A DNA stretch of 32,000 nucleotides from Acholeplasma laidlawii PG-8A (GTDB taxonomy: Bacteria > Bacillota_I > Bacilli_A > Acholeplasmatales > Acholeplasmataceae): contig NC_010163.1 of the NCBI RefSeq assembly GCF_000018785.1, positions 1,410,001 through 1,442,000 of the forward strand. The letters run 5' to 3'. Positions 9,284 to 18,166 of this stretch are shown in pieces. The position numbers and the translations under genes were made by a program. The notes beneath the pieces were generated by a model that had not been told where the DNA came from, did not search any database, and was given only the letters and a program-made list of their open reading frames with translations. Numbering within the stretch: the stretch's first letter is position 1; each line of letters begins with the position of its first letter.

Positions 9284-9311
9284 TTTTTTAAATTATTTAT
9301 TATGGTAGTAA

Positions 9312-10967
9312 TTATGGTAGTAAACTATCTACATCAACTGAAGTGCCTAGTGTTAAATAAAGTGAATTATAGAATGCTTGTTGTTCTTGTGGTGTTAGTG
9401 TATTTAATGCATCTAGTAAACCTTCTGTATCGGTTGGATCATTTGTATAAACATCTTCTAATGCAGCATAATCAGGATTTAATAATATTGTAGTTAATGC
9501 TGCATCAATTGCATCTTGTAGTTCTGCTAGGATAGCTGCATTAGCGCCTGTAGGCGTTACAACAAATCTTAAGTATTTACCAGAAACAGCTACACTATCC
9601 ACTGTAGTGGATTGTCCTGCAAAGTTACCCATAAAATCTTTAAGAATAATTTGATTACCAACAATCATTTCGTTTTCACCAACTAGATTTAGTATGGTTG
9701 CTACTTTATTGTTTGTAACGGTTGTATCATCGCCAATATGAATCACATCAATTGTAAATACTAAATCTTGTTTATCATCAGATATTGAAGGTATAGATAC
9801 TAATGTGAAATCTGTTTGGAATACTTTAGATGGATCAGTTTGATTGTAAAGTTTCATAATAATTGTAAAGTGTACTCTATTATCAATAAATCTAGCATAT
9901 AAAGGTAGTGTTTCTAATACATAGATATTTTCATCAAATTCAAAAGTTTGTGACATATCCATGGATTCACCCACATAGTACTCAATTAATTGATTAAATG
10001 TTTCTTCATGCATATCATAATTTAATGAAGATCCACCTGTAATAGATGACAACAACAATGTAGTAAGCTGAGACTCAAACATATTATTTAATTCTGTTTC
10101 ATCACTGATTTGGTTTGTTGTTTGATAAGGTGTTTCAGTTGAACGCATCTTACCGAGTGCGATACCAATACCACCGACATCTTCACCAAATCCTGAAACT
10201 AATAATTCTTCTTCATCTACAAAACCAAGTAGTGCTTCTATCATGAGTCTGTTGGGATCATCTTCTTTGGATATTAAGTTAATTAAGTCTTTTGTGTTGA
10301 CCCAAATAGATTTTGTTTTTAAATCATAGTTACCAAAACCAGATACTGCGTTTTGAATTAAACCGTTAAGCCCATCTTCTGTAAAACGGCTTACTATAAA
10401 GTCAGCTGCATCATACATCCATAAAATTGGCATGTTACCAAACTTAATTTCTTTGATAGTTAATTTATATTGTGTAATCAGTTCGTTATCAACTTCAACT
10501 TGTTCGATATTAATATCTAAGTCTAAATAAAGTGTTGTTTGATAATAGATATTAGAAAAACCTGCATCAAGTCCGGCTTCTATTGTAAGACCAGTTTCAT
10601 TAAACGCTAAGGTTACACCTTTAAAACCACCATTGTTGTTACCAAAGGCAATTGCATATTTTCTAGCATTTAAATCAATGGTTTCATCTGTTTTACCAAA
10701 GTCAGGATTTTCAGCTGCATAGATATCTTTTAATGCTGCATTCGCCTCACTACTTGTTAAAACAAAGTCAAATGATAAGGCATTTTCATCAGCAATGAAC
10801 TCATCTAGTTTGTTGCTGGCAATATCATTAAATGATAAGCCTTCATTTGCACTAAAATCATCTACTGGTGCACTGTATCCTTTGTACATAACTACAAGTA
10901 CAATCACTGGTGTTAAGACTATGAGTAACAATGCTAACTTAATAACTCTTTTAATCCATTTAAACAT
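9312..10967 (-). CDS. Hypothetical membrane-anchored extracytoplasmic protein (551 aa)
   Basis: Strong RBS (AAGGGGGGA) before the ATG. One N-terminal TM helix (VIKLALLLIVLTPVIVLVVMY). The rest is acidic and soluble-looking, and I recognise no catalytic motif. Confidence 0.75.
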   Translation of the reverse strand: MFKWIKRVIKLALLLIVLTPVIVLVVMYKGYSAPVDDFSANEGLSFNDIASNKLDEFIADENALSFDFVLTSSEANAALKDIYAAENPDFGKTDETIDLNARKYAIAFGNNNGGFKGVTLAFNETGLTIEAGLDAGFSNIYYQTTLYLDLDINIEQVEVDNELITQYKLTIKEIKFGNMPILWMYDAADFIVSRFTEDGLNGLIQNAVSGFGNYDLKTKSIWVNTKDLINLISKEDDPNRLMIEALLGFVDEEELLVSGFGEDVGGIGIALGKMRSTETPYQTTNQISDETELNNMFESQLTTLLLSSITGGSSLNYDMHEETFNQLIEYYVGESMDMSQTFEFDENIYVLETLPLYARFIDNRVHFTIIMKLYNQTDPSKVFQTDFTLVSIPSISDDKQDLVFTIDVIHIGDDTTVTNNKVATILNLVGENEMIVGNQIILKDFMGNFAGQSTTVDSVAVSGKYLRFVVTPTGANAAILAELQDAIDAALTTILLNPDYAALEDVYTNDPTDTEGLLDALNTLTPQEQQAFYNSLYLTLGTSVDVDSLLP

Positions 10968-11037
10968 ATAAATCCCCCCTTAGGTGATTCTATTATATGC
11001 GTTTTTTACGTAAATAATATATATATTGCTTATATAT

Positions 11038-12033
11038 TTAGATAAAATTGATTGCAGAACTTCCCTTTAAATAATAATCTTTTAATGCACCCTGTTTCTT
11101 AAATTGATAATAGGCTGCAATACCAATCATTGCAGCTTGATCTGTACAATATTTAATACTTGGAGTAAGTATTTCTAAGTCTGTAATACGTTCTTTCATT
11201 TTAGTTCTTAAACCCTTATTTGCTGCAACACCGCCTGCAACAACTATTTGTTTAACACCTAAATTATTAGCTGCGTCTTTTGTTTTTTGAACTAATACTT
11301 CAGTAACAGATTCTTGGAAAGATGCACAAACATCTTCCACTTTAAAAGGCTCATTTCTTTGTTTCATATTATGTACTAAATTAAGTACAGAACTCTTTAA
11401 ACCTGAAAATGAGAAATTAAATGGTTCGTTTTTTAAGAAAGGTTTCGGTAAATTATAGATTGCCTCACCTTGATGCGCTAATCTATCAACAACCGGTCCG
11501 CCTGGATAACCTAGACCTAACATACGTGCTACCTTATCATAGGCCTCACCTACTGCATCATCTAAAGTTGTACCAAGTAGTTCAATCTCTAAATGATCTT
11601 TAACTAATAAAAGTTCTGTATGCCCACCACTAACAAGTAGTGTTAATAAAGGAAACTTCATTTCGCCTTCAATTTGTGCCGCATATATATGTCCTAATAA
11701 GTGGTTTACACCCATTAAAGGAATTTGATTAGCATAAGCAAAAGTGGTTGCTGCATTTATTCCAACAAGTAGAGAACCAATTAATCCAGGGCCTTGTGTC
11801 ACAGCAACTAAATCAATGTCTGATACTTTAATACCTGCATCTTTTATTGCTTTATCAAACATATATAACATAGACTCAATATGCGCACGTGAAGCGATTT
11901 CAGGTACTACACCACCGTATGGTTGGTGTATTTTTATTTGTGATAAAACTGCATTAGATAAAACAGTCTTACCGTCTTTTGTAATTGCAACACTTGTTTC
12001 ATCACAAGATGTTTCAACAGATAAAATTATCAT
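11038..12033 (-). CDS. tsaD: tRNA N6-adenosine threonylcarbamoyltransferase TsaD
   Basis: [17 protein letters not shown]..., [17 protein letters not shown]: Kae1/TsaD family hallmarks. The start overlaps the rimI stop (TAATG). Confidence 0.95.
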
Positions 12034-12464
12034 TATTTAACCTCCATGTGCATCATATAGCCATCTTCTTTATCATAATAATTTGGTATAACAGTCACTA
12101 TTACAGCACCATATTTTTCATAGAAAGCAATTGCTTTTTGGTTACTTACTCTAACCTCTAAGACAAGTGAGTTAACACCACTTGACTTCATTTCTAGTAA
12201 AGCATGTTCAAACAGTTGACTACCTATACCTTGTCCTTGATACGGAATATCCACCAAGAAATTTAGGATATCCGCATTTGTATCTATCTGTCTAAAGCTT
12301 AAATAACCAATAACTTCGTTGTTTAATGTATAGACATAGATATGTGAAAATTCATTTTCTAATAATTCACTTTTTAGAAAAGAATAACCTAAAGAAGCAC
12401 CAAATACTTTTTCTTCTAACTGAACTATCTTTTCTAAATCATGAATGACTGCGGTTCTTATCAA
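12033..12464 (-). CDS. rimI: Ribosomal-protein-alanine N-acetyltransferase RimI (GNAT)
   Basis: 143-aa GNAT with [10 protein letters not shown], located between tsaB and tsaD as in the conserved operon. The apparent start is TTG at 12464, so the exact start is uncertain. Confidence 0.8.
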
Positions 12465-13032
12465 GATTCTTCTCCGCTTCTGTTTGTCTTAAGTAATTTG
12501 GGATAAGTGAAAATATATCTTCTACTTCTTCTTTTTTATCAATAACAACTCTACCATCAAGCTTAATAGTATCAGGACTTAAAAGAATAAGCATTTCTTT
12601 TTCTTCATCAGATAATTCATCTAAATGTCTTACTTTTTCTTCATCTAAAATGATACCTTTTTCAATCGTAGCACTAAAGCCTTGATCATTTCTTGCATCA
12701 TGCCAAATAAGTGCTTTTTGTTGGTACCCTGAGCTTAAAAATACTAGACTACTTACCTTATAAAGTTTAACACCAGTTGCATAACTTAGCATTTTAGCAG
12801 TCATTACACCTACTCTTAAACCTGTATAAGAACCAGGTCCAACACCTACAATAATGCCAGATAAATCTTGCACCTTTAAGTTGTGTGCGTGAAGCACGTG
12901 TTCAATCATTGGTACGATATGTGCTTGATGATCTTGTTTACCAAATCTAATATGTTCATCTAGCTTTACTTGGTTATCATAAAGCATAATAATTAAAGCA
13001 TTTGTTGATGTATCTATAAGTAAGTATTTCAT
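12439..13032 (-). CDS. tsaB: tRNA threonylcarbamoyladenosine biosynthesis protein TsaB
   Basis: MKYLLIDTSTNAL... GVGPGSYTGLRVG. I prefer the ATG at 13032, which forms an ATGA overlap with the tsaE stop, to the TTG at 13047. Confidence 0.9.
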   Translation of the reverse strand: MKYLLIDTSTNALIIMLYDNQVKLDEHIRFGKQDHQAHIVPMIEHVLHAHNLKVQDLSGIIVGVGPGSYTGLRVGVMTAKMLSYATGVKLYKVSSLVFLSSGYQQKALIWHDARNDQGFSATIEKGIILDEEKVRHLDELSDEEKEMLILLSPDTIKLDGRVVIDKKEEVEDIFSLIPNYLRQTEAEKNLDKNRSHS

Positions 13033-13475
13033 ATCTTTTTTATCCAATCTGAGTTTCCATCACTAGTTGATATCTTAATTTCTCTGTCTGTTTCATTTAA
13101 CCATTTAAGTTCCACTAAGACATGCTTTTGTGGTATTAACTCTTCTACTTGACTCGGCCATTCAATCACTGAAATAGCATCCTCATCTAATATATAATCT
13201 TCAAGATCAAAATCTAAACCTATACCGTCCATACGGTATAGGTCTAGATGATTTAGAGTTTTAGTACCTTGATACGTTTTTAAAATCGTAAACGTTGGTG
13301 AATTAATGACACTTGTAATACCTAGTGCTTTACCAATACCTTTTGTAAAGGTTGTCTTACCACTAGATAAGTCACCGTTTAAAAGGATTACGTGATACGA
13401 TTTTGGTAAGTTATCTATTAATTTCTTACCTAATTGAATTGTTTCATTTGCAGATTTGCTTATAAATTGTCTCAT
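13029..13475 (-). CDS. tsaE: tRNA threonylcarbamoyladenosine biosynthesis ATPase TsaE
   Basis: 148 aa, Walker A GDLSSGKTTFTKG, SPTFT motif, ATGA overlap with the pgi stop. Confidence 0.9.
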   Translation of the reverse strand: MRQFISKSANETIQLGKKLIDNLPKSYHVILLNGDLSSGKTTFTKGIGKALGITSVINSPTFTILKTYQGTKTLNHLDLYRMDGIGLDFDLEDYILDEDAISVIEWPSQVEELIPQKHVLVELKWLNETDREIKISTSDGNSDWIKKI

Positions 13476-14743
13476 TTTTTCCCTAATAATCTAAACATAT
13501 TTTTCTTGTAAGCTTCAACACCTGGTTGGTCAAATGGGTTTACCTCTAAAAGGTAAGCACTCATAGCACATGCAATTTCAAAGAAATATACTAAATAACC
13601 AAAGTGATATGCATCCATTTTATCGATCGTGATAACAATATTTGGTACGCCGCCATCAATATGAGCTTCCTTAGTACCTAAGAATGCTTGTTCATTCACA
13701 TAAGATATTTCTTTTCCAGCAATGTAATTTAATTTATCTAAATCTTCTTCTACAAAAGGAATAGATAGTTTATCTGTCTTTTTAACATTTAAAACTGTTT
13801 CAAAAATGATACGATTACCATCTTGAATTTGTTGACCTAAAGAGTGTAGGTCTGTAGTAAAGGATGCAGAGTGTACTAATAAACCTTTTCCACCTTTACC
13901 TTCGGATTCACCAAATAATTGTTTCCACCATTCAGCAAAAAATGCTAAACGTGGTTCATAGTTAATTAAATACTCCACATCTTTACCAGATTGATTTAAT
14001 AAAAATCTAGTCACTGCATAAAGATATGCTTTGTTTTTCTTTAAACTTGGATCTTGAGCATCATGATATGCATCCTGTGCACCCTTGATCATTTTTTCAA
14101 CATCTATACCTACAAAAACAAAAGGTAGTAAACCAACAGCGGATAATACAGAAAAACGTCCACCCACATTATCTTCAATCACAAATCTTTCATAACCCTC
14201 ATTGATTGCTAATTGGTATAAAGAACCACGTGCCTTATCTGTTGTTGCAAAAATTCTTTTTCTAGCTTCTTTGACACCATATTTATTTTCAATATGTGCC
14301 TTTAGTAATCTAAATGCTACTGCTGGTTCTGTTGTTGTACCTGATTTTGAAATCACGTTAATGACATAGTTTTTCTTGTTTAAGTATTTAAGTAAATGTT
14401 TTAAGTAATTTGCAGATAAATGATGTCCTGCAAAAATGAGTTCTGGTTTTTGTTTTTTAAATGGTGTCTTTAAAAATTCATATCCAGCTTTAGCGCCTAA
14501 ATAAGAACCACCAATCCCAATAACAACAATCGCGTCAACATTTTTATGTTGTTCTTTTAACTTATAAATACGATCTAATTCTTCTTTATCATACGTTAAA
14601 GGTAAATCTAACCATCCTAAAAAATCATTACCTAACCCAGACTTATTTTGAATGACATCATGTAATTCATTCACTTGATCTTGTAAACTAAAAACATTCG
14701 TTTTAAGAAATTTCTTAGCATCTTTTATATCTAATTTAATCAT
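13472..14743 (-). CDS. pgi: Glucose-6-phosphate isomerase (short Firmicutes-type)
   Basis: 423 aa with GIGGSYLG, ISKSGTTTEP, GGRFSVLSAVG and FGESEGK motifs typical of PGI. Confidence 0.93.
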   Translation of the reverse strand: MIKLDIKDAKKFLKTNVFSLQDQVNELHDVIQNKSGLGNDFLGWLDLPLTYDKEELDRIYKLKEQHKNVDAIVVIGIGGSYLGAKAGYEFLKTPFKKQKPELIFAGHHLSANYLKHLLKYLNKKNYVINVISKSGTTTEPAVAFRLLKAHIENKYGVKEARKRIFATTDKARGSLYQLAINEGYERFVIEDNVGGRFSVLSAVGLLPFVFVGIDVEKMIKGAQDAYHDAQDPSLKKNKAYLYAVTRFLLNQSGKDVEYLINYEPRLAFFAEWWKQLFGESEGKGGKGLLVHSASFTTDLHSLGQQIQDGNRIIFETVLNVKKTDKLSIPFVEEDLDKLNYIAGKEISYVNEQAFLGTKEAHIDGGVPNIVITIDKMDAYHFGYLVYFFEIACAMSAYLLEVNPFDQPGVEAYKKNMFRLLGKK

Positions 14744-15074
14744 TTTTTAACGCCTCTTTCTTTGCTTTAACCCATTCATCTAATTTTTCTTCTATTGATC
14801 TAAATCCAATTTTAATATCTACTTTTTCCATCACTTTAGAGTTCACTAAAAGTGCACGCTTATACGACAGTTGTAACTTTTGATTTTTATCATCAAAATC
14901 TAAAATAACTGCATATATTTCATCACCGATATTAAATAGTTTAGTTATATCTTGAACAAACCTGTCTGATATCTCAGAGATGTGTATAAGTCCTTGATAG
15001 TTCTCATATTCTACAAAGACACCATAGGGTTGTATTCCAGTAACTTTACATAAGATACGTTCATTTTTTTGCAT
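14736..15074 (-). CDS. S1 RNA-binding domain protein (YabR/GSP13-like)
   Basis: 112 aa. ILCKVTGIQPYGVFVEYENYQGLIHISEISDRFV matches the S1 OB-fold pattern. Confidence 0.85.
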   Translation of the reverse strand: MQKNERILCKVTGIQPYGVFVEYENYQGLIHISEISDRFVQDITKLFNIGDEIYAVILDFDDKNQKLQLSYKRALLVNSKVMEKVDIKIGFRSIEEKLDEWVKAKKEALKND

Positions 15075-15175
15075 AAAATAACCCCTAATATTTTCAGTTT
15101 ATTATATCATTATTATGCTTTTACATAAAGTAATGATGATGTGAAAACGTATGATTATTTCAATTATGTTAATTT

Positions 15176-15224
15176 TTAAAGAAAAAGGTAGAAGATAACG
15201 CCCTTTATGGTTTATCTTCTACCT
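15176..15224 (-). terminator. Rho-independent terminator ending the long cdaA operon
   Basis: Perfect 12-bp stem AGGTAGAAGATA / TATCTTCTACCT (15186..15224) followed by a T-run on the minus strand. Confidence 0.75.
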
Positions 15225-15251
15225 TTATTATATTTAAATATAAATACTGAG

Positions 15252-15803
15252 TTATTCTATATTTTTATGTCGTAACCATGTATAGGTTAGAATCGCTAAC
15301 GGAATAATCATTTTGGATATAAATCCAATGAAAACATAAGTAATCTCAAGTGGATTTCCAATTAACGGTAACTTTAAATATAAATAGAGTTGATAACCAA
15401 CCATTAAGATCGTTGGAATCACTAATATAGATACTAATATATTTTCATTTCTTCTATAAAAATTACCTTGGTAATACATCATTGAAAACTTATATATACC
15501 TACATAAAGTAAGATAACAACAGCCACATCAAACATTAAGTCTGTATTAAAATTAGAAATTAATACAGGAAAGACCTGAATCATCGAAAATATCATATTT
15601 ACAATAAGCCAAACCCCTGCAAGTAACAACATACGCTTTGAGTTGTAGTTATGTTCTAAATAAAGTGCACCTAAAAATAAAAGTGTTGATAAACTACTAG
15701 AAATAACTAAGAGACTTCCTACAAGTGCTGATGTAAAAAGTACATAAGAAAGTTCTATGATAAATAATGTAAACATTATCCATTGTCTTTTAGTAAGTGT
15801 CAT
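15252..15803 (-). CDS. Hypothetical polytopic membrane protein (183 aa, about 5-6 TM helices)
   Basis: Hydrophobic throughout. ATGA overlap with the upstream DegV-like gene. No motif recognised. Confidence 0.7.
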   Translation of the reverse strand: MTLTKRQWIMFTLFIIELSYVLFTSALVGSLLVISSSLSTLLFLGALYLEHNYNSKRMLLLAGVWLIVNMIFSMIQVFPVLISNFNTDLMFDVAVVILLYVGIYKFSMMYYQGNFYRRNENILVSILVIPTILMVGYQLYLYLKLPLIGNPLEITYVFIGFISKMIIPLAILTYTWLRHKNIE

Positions 15804-16612
15804 AAATCCATCTCCTCATAATAACCTAAATATACACCATACATATCATCACCAAAATAAGTCGTCACCTGAGAACTTACCTCTCCATATAAAGTGATAT
15901 TTAAATCTTTGTTTTTTGTATAGAGTTCATGTTGTAAAAGCTTTGCTTTTGCACCGTATTTACCACTATATACAAATATATTGATTTTATCTTTAAAACC
16001 TTTAAATCCTAATATTTGATGATATAAAATATCGATGATATGTTTTTGCTTATACATTACTTGTTTAACTTCATAGTTGTTTGATGATACAACAAGGTAG
16101 CCTACTACCCACGGGCTCAGTAAATTTTGAAACCAGGATCTAGTTTCTTTGTATCTAGGGTTTGTTGTTACTACTATGGTCATACCTTTATCTACTTGTA
16201 CTTTAAGTAGTTCTTTAATTTTTTGGTATGTATAATTTTTACTGATCCAAATTTTAATACACATCGATAAATAATAGATACCTGGACCAAAGGTATGTGC
16301 ATCGATAATATCTACTTTAATATCTTTAAGTATATCTTTGGCAAGTATGGCATTTTCATAACTTCTAGTCATCTTCTTACTAGAAGTTATAATGAGTATA
16401 TTATAAATACCTGAATCATTCAATGCTTTTATTTTATCAATGTAATCTTTAGGGTTTGCTAACTTTTGAATACCCATATTGGATATATTTAGGTCAATTT
16501 TAATCACTTCGGTCTCAATAAAAGATAAAGACACGTCAGACGCATCTTTAAAAATGTTTTGTATTTTTTGCTTATCTAAAATTGAGTCTAAAATTATCCC
16601 TATTTTGCTCAT
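15800..16612 (-). CDS. Divergent DegV-family (fatty-acid-binding) protein
   Basis: The length and layout resemble DegV: N-terminal IGIILDS, central ILIITSSKKMTRSYENA, VDIIDAHTFGPGIYYL. I prefer the ATG at 16612, 1 nt after the upstream stop, to the TTG at 16636. The family assignment is tentative. Confidence 0.55.
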   Translation of the reverse strand: MSKIGIILDSILDKQKIQNIFKDASDVSLSFIETEVIKIDLNISNMGIQKLANPKDYIDKIKALNDSGIYNILIITSSKKMTRSYENAILAKDILKDIKVDIIDAHTFGPGIYYLSMCIKIWISKNYTYQKIKELLKVQVDKGMTIVVTTNPRYKETRSWFQNLLSPWVVGYLVVSSNNYEVKQVMYKQKHIIDILYHQILGFKGFKDKINIFVYSGKYGAKAKLLQHELYTKNKDLNITLYGEVSSQVTTYFGDDMYGVYLGYYEEMDL

Positions 16613-16613
16613 A

Positions 16614-17075
16614 TTACTTAAATATAAAGAAGCCAATCACACCAATAAATGCACCTAGTAAGATGCCCACTAAAACTTCTTTTGGTTTGTGACCAAGTTT
16701 TTCTTTTAGCTTCTTTTCTTCAATATCGATATTTTCAATCATGTTTAATCTATATTTAATAATATTTAACTCCATAGCGTGTTTACTTGCTTCTAGTCTG
16801 ATACCCATGGAATCATGAATAACAACTAATGCTATGACAAATGAAATAGCAAAGCCAATACTTAATGTACCTTGGTTATGATAATCAAACATACCAATCG
16901 ATACAAATAAAGCTGTAACAAGTGCGCTATGACTAGATGGCATACCGCCAGTAGAAATTAAAATACTTTCATTTAATTTTCTATTTATTAAGCCATCAAT
17001 AAAAAACTTACTCACCTGAGCAATTAACATGGCTGATATGGATATAATTAGAACTGCTTCAGGTACTGTAAACAT
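16614..17075 (-). CDS. Divergent PAP2 family membrane protein (YuiD-like)
   Basis: 153 aa with GGMPSSHSALVTAL and HDSMGIR motifs typical of the divergent PAP2 / DUF212 family. Confidence 0.85.
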   Translation of the reverse strand: MFTVPEAVLIISISAMLIAQVSKFFIDGLINRKLNESILISTGGMPSSHSALVTALFVSIGMFDYHNQGTLSIGFAISFVIALVVIHDSMGIRLEASKHAMELNIIKYRLNMIENIDIEEKKLKEKLGHKPKEVLVGILLGAFIGVIGFFIFK

Positions 17076-17076
17076 A

Positions 17077-17310
17077 TTATACTGTCACCACTGCAATAAT
17101 ACCGGGAACATTTTCCAGCATCATTGTTTCTATACCTTGTTTCAAGGTAATATCAATTGCAGCACATCCGTCGCATGCGCCACCCATTTTAACGTAGACG
17201 ATACCATCTTCTATATTGACGAGTTCAATATCGCCGCCGTCTCTTTGAATATATGGTCTTACTCTTTTAATAATTTGACCTACTTGTTCAGTCATTACTT
17301 CTATACTCAT
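17077..17310 (-). CDS. NifU-like Fe-S cluster scaffold/carrier domain protein (YutI/Nfu-like)
   Basis: 77 aa. RPYIQRDGGDIELVNIEDGIVYVKMGGACDGC...TLKQGIE is the NifU C-terminal domain with its CxxC. AGGAG RBS. Confidence 0.85.
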   Translation of the reverse strand: MSIEVMTEQVGQIIKRVRPYIQRDGGDIELVNIEDGIVYVKMGGACDGCAAIDITLKQGIETMMLENVPGIIAVVTV

Positions 17311-17344
17311 TCTACAATGCTCCTTTTTTTAAACTACACAACTA

Positions 17345-17629
17345 TTATACTTTAGTTTCAACCGGTTTTACTCTTTTAAGAACGAAAAAAGGGCAATTAT
17401 GGTTACAAGATTCATTAATATAGTCTGGGATTTTTTTATAACCATTTGTTCCTTTAGGATCTTGGCTAAAACCTCTAAGTCTTAATTTATCACTTGCAAT
17501 ATCTCCAACGATATATGTATAACGATCAAATGCGACATCTACATAACGTTCTTGAAATTTAACGATGTCAAATGCATCTCTGTAATTTTTAAGTAGTTCG
17601 AAATTTCCTACTTCTGTTTCAATCATCAT
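17345..17629 (-). CDS. YutD-like protein (DUF1027)
   Basis: 94 aa. DRYTYIVGDIASDKLRLRGF...CNHNCPFFVLKRV resembles B. subtilis YutD as I recall it. Confidence 0.65.
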   Translation of the reverse strand: MMIETEVGNFELLKNYRDAFDIVKFQERYVDVAFDRYTYIVGDIASDKLRLRGFSQDPKGTNGYKKIPDYINESCNHNCPFFVLKRVKPVETKV

Positions 17630-17642
17630 TTTTATTTTCTTC

Positions 17643-18161
17643 CTAACCCTTAAAGTAGGTATCTAATGGCACATCATGAGCTTGTGGTTCAAAAGATACT
17701 TCTTCTTGTTCATAAATTATACCAATTTTATATGGATTTTGATAAACTTTGAAAAATTTATCATAATATCCTTTTCCATAACCTAATCTGTAATTGGTTT
17801 TAGTCATACCAAGTGCAGGAACGATGATCACTTCAAGTTTTGAAGTGATATCAAATCCATAACTTGGTTCTGATACACCAAAGTGTGATTTTTTGAGTTC
17901 TATTGTTTTGTCTACTTGTAAAAACTGTATTTTATCATTTACTATTTTTGGATAGGCAAATATTTTGTCAGGATATTTTTCTATTAACGGTGTTAAATCC
18001 ATTTCATTTTGAGTTGGATAAAAAATACCTACAAAATCAGCCTTTAAGAAGTGTTCTTCTTCGCTTAGCATATCCATTACTTTTTTACTTGATTGTAATC
18101 TTTGTTCTTGACTTATCCCAAGTCGTGCTTCAATGATTTGTTTTCTTAGTACTTTTTTCAT
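17643..18161 (-). CDS. 5-formyltetrahydrofolate cyclo-ligase
   Basis: 172 aa. IIVPALGMTKTNYRLGYGKGYYDKF is the family signature. Confidence 0.85.
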   Translation of the reverse strand: MKKVLRKQIIEARLGISQEQRLQSSKKVMDMLSEEEHFLKADFVGIFYPTQNEMDLTPLIEKYPDKIFAYPKIVNDKIQFLQVDKTIELKKSHFGVSEPSYGFDITSKLEVIIVPALGMTKTNYRLGYGKGYYDKFFKVYQNPYKIGIIYEQEEVSFEPQAHDVPLDTYFKG

Positions 18162-18166
18162 ATACG

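Noticed and set aside
9302-9493. 63-aa + strand ORF
   Set aside because: It is antisense to the 3' end of the 551-aa gene. Its composition is repetitive (MVV/LVV) and typical of AT-rich antisense frames.
11017-11026. (AT)5 dinucleotide run in the tsaD/551-aa intergenic region, considered as a phase-variable promoter spacer
   Set aside because: Five units is too short for appreciable slippage, and runs like this are expected by chance in such AT-rich DNA.
11421-12040. Two + strand ORFs (60 and 98 aa) inside tsaD
   Set aside because: They are antisense to a highly conserved gene and have no independent support.
17029-17355. 108-aa + strand ORF
   Set aside because: It runs antisense across the PAP2-like gene start, the whole NifU-like gene and the adjoining intergenic spacer. 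A real gene would not ignore these boundaries.
17903-18136. 77-aa + strand ORF
   Set aside because: It is antisense to the 5-formyl-THF cyclo-ligase gene.
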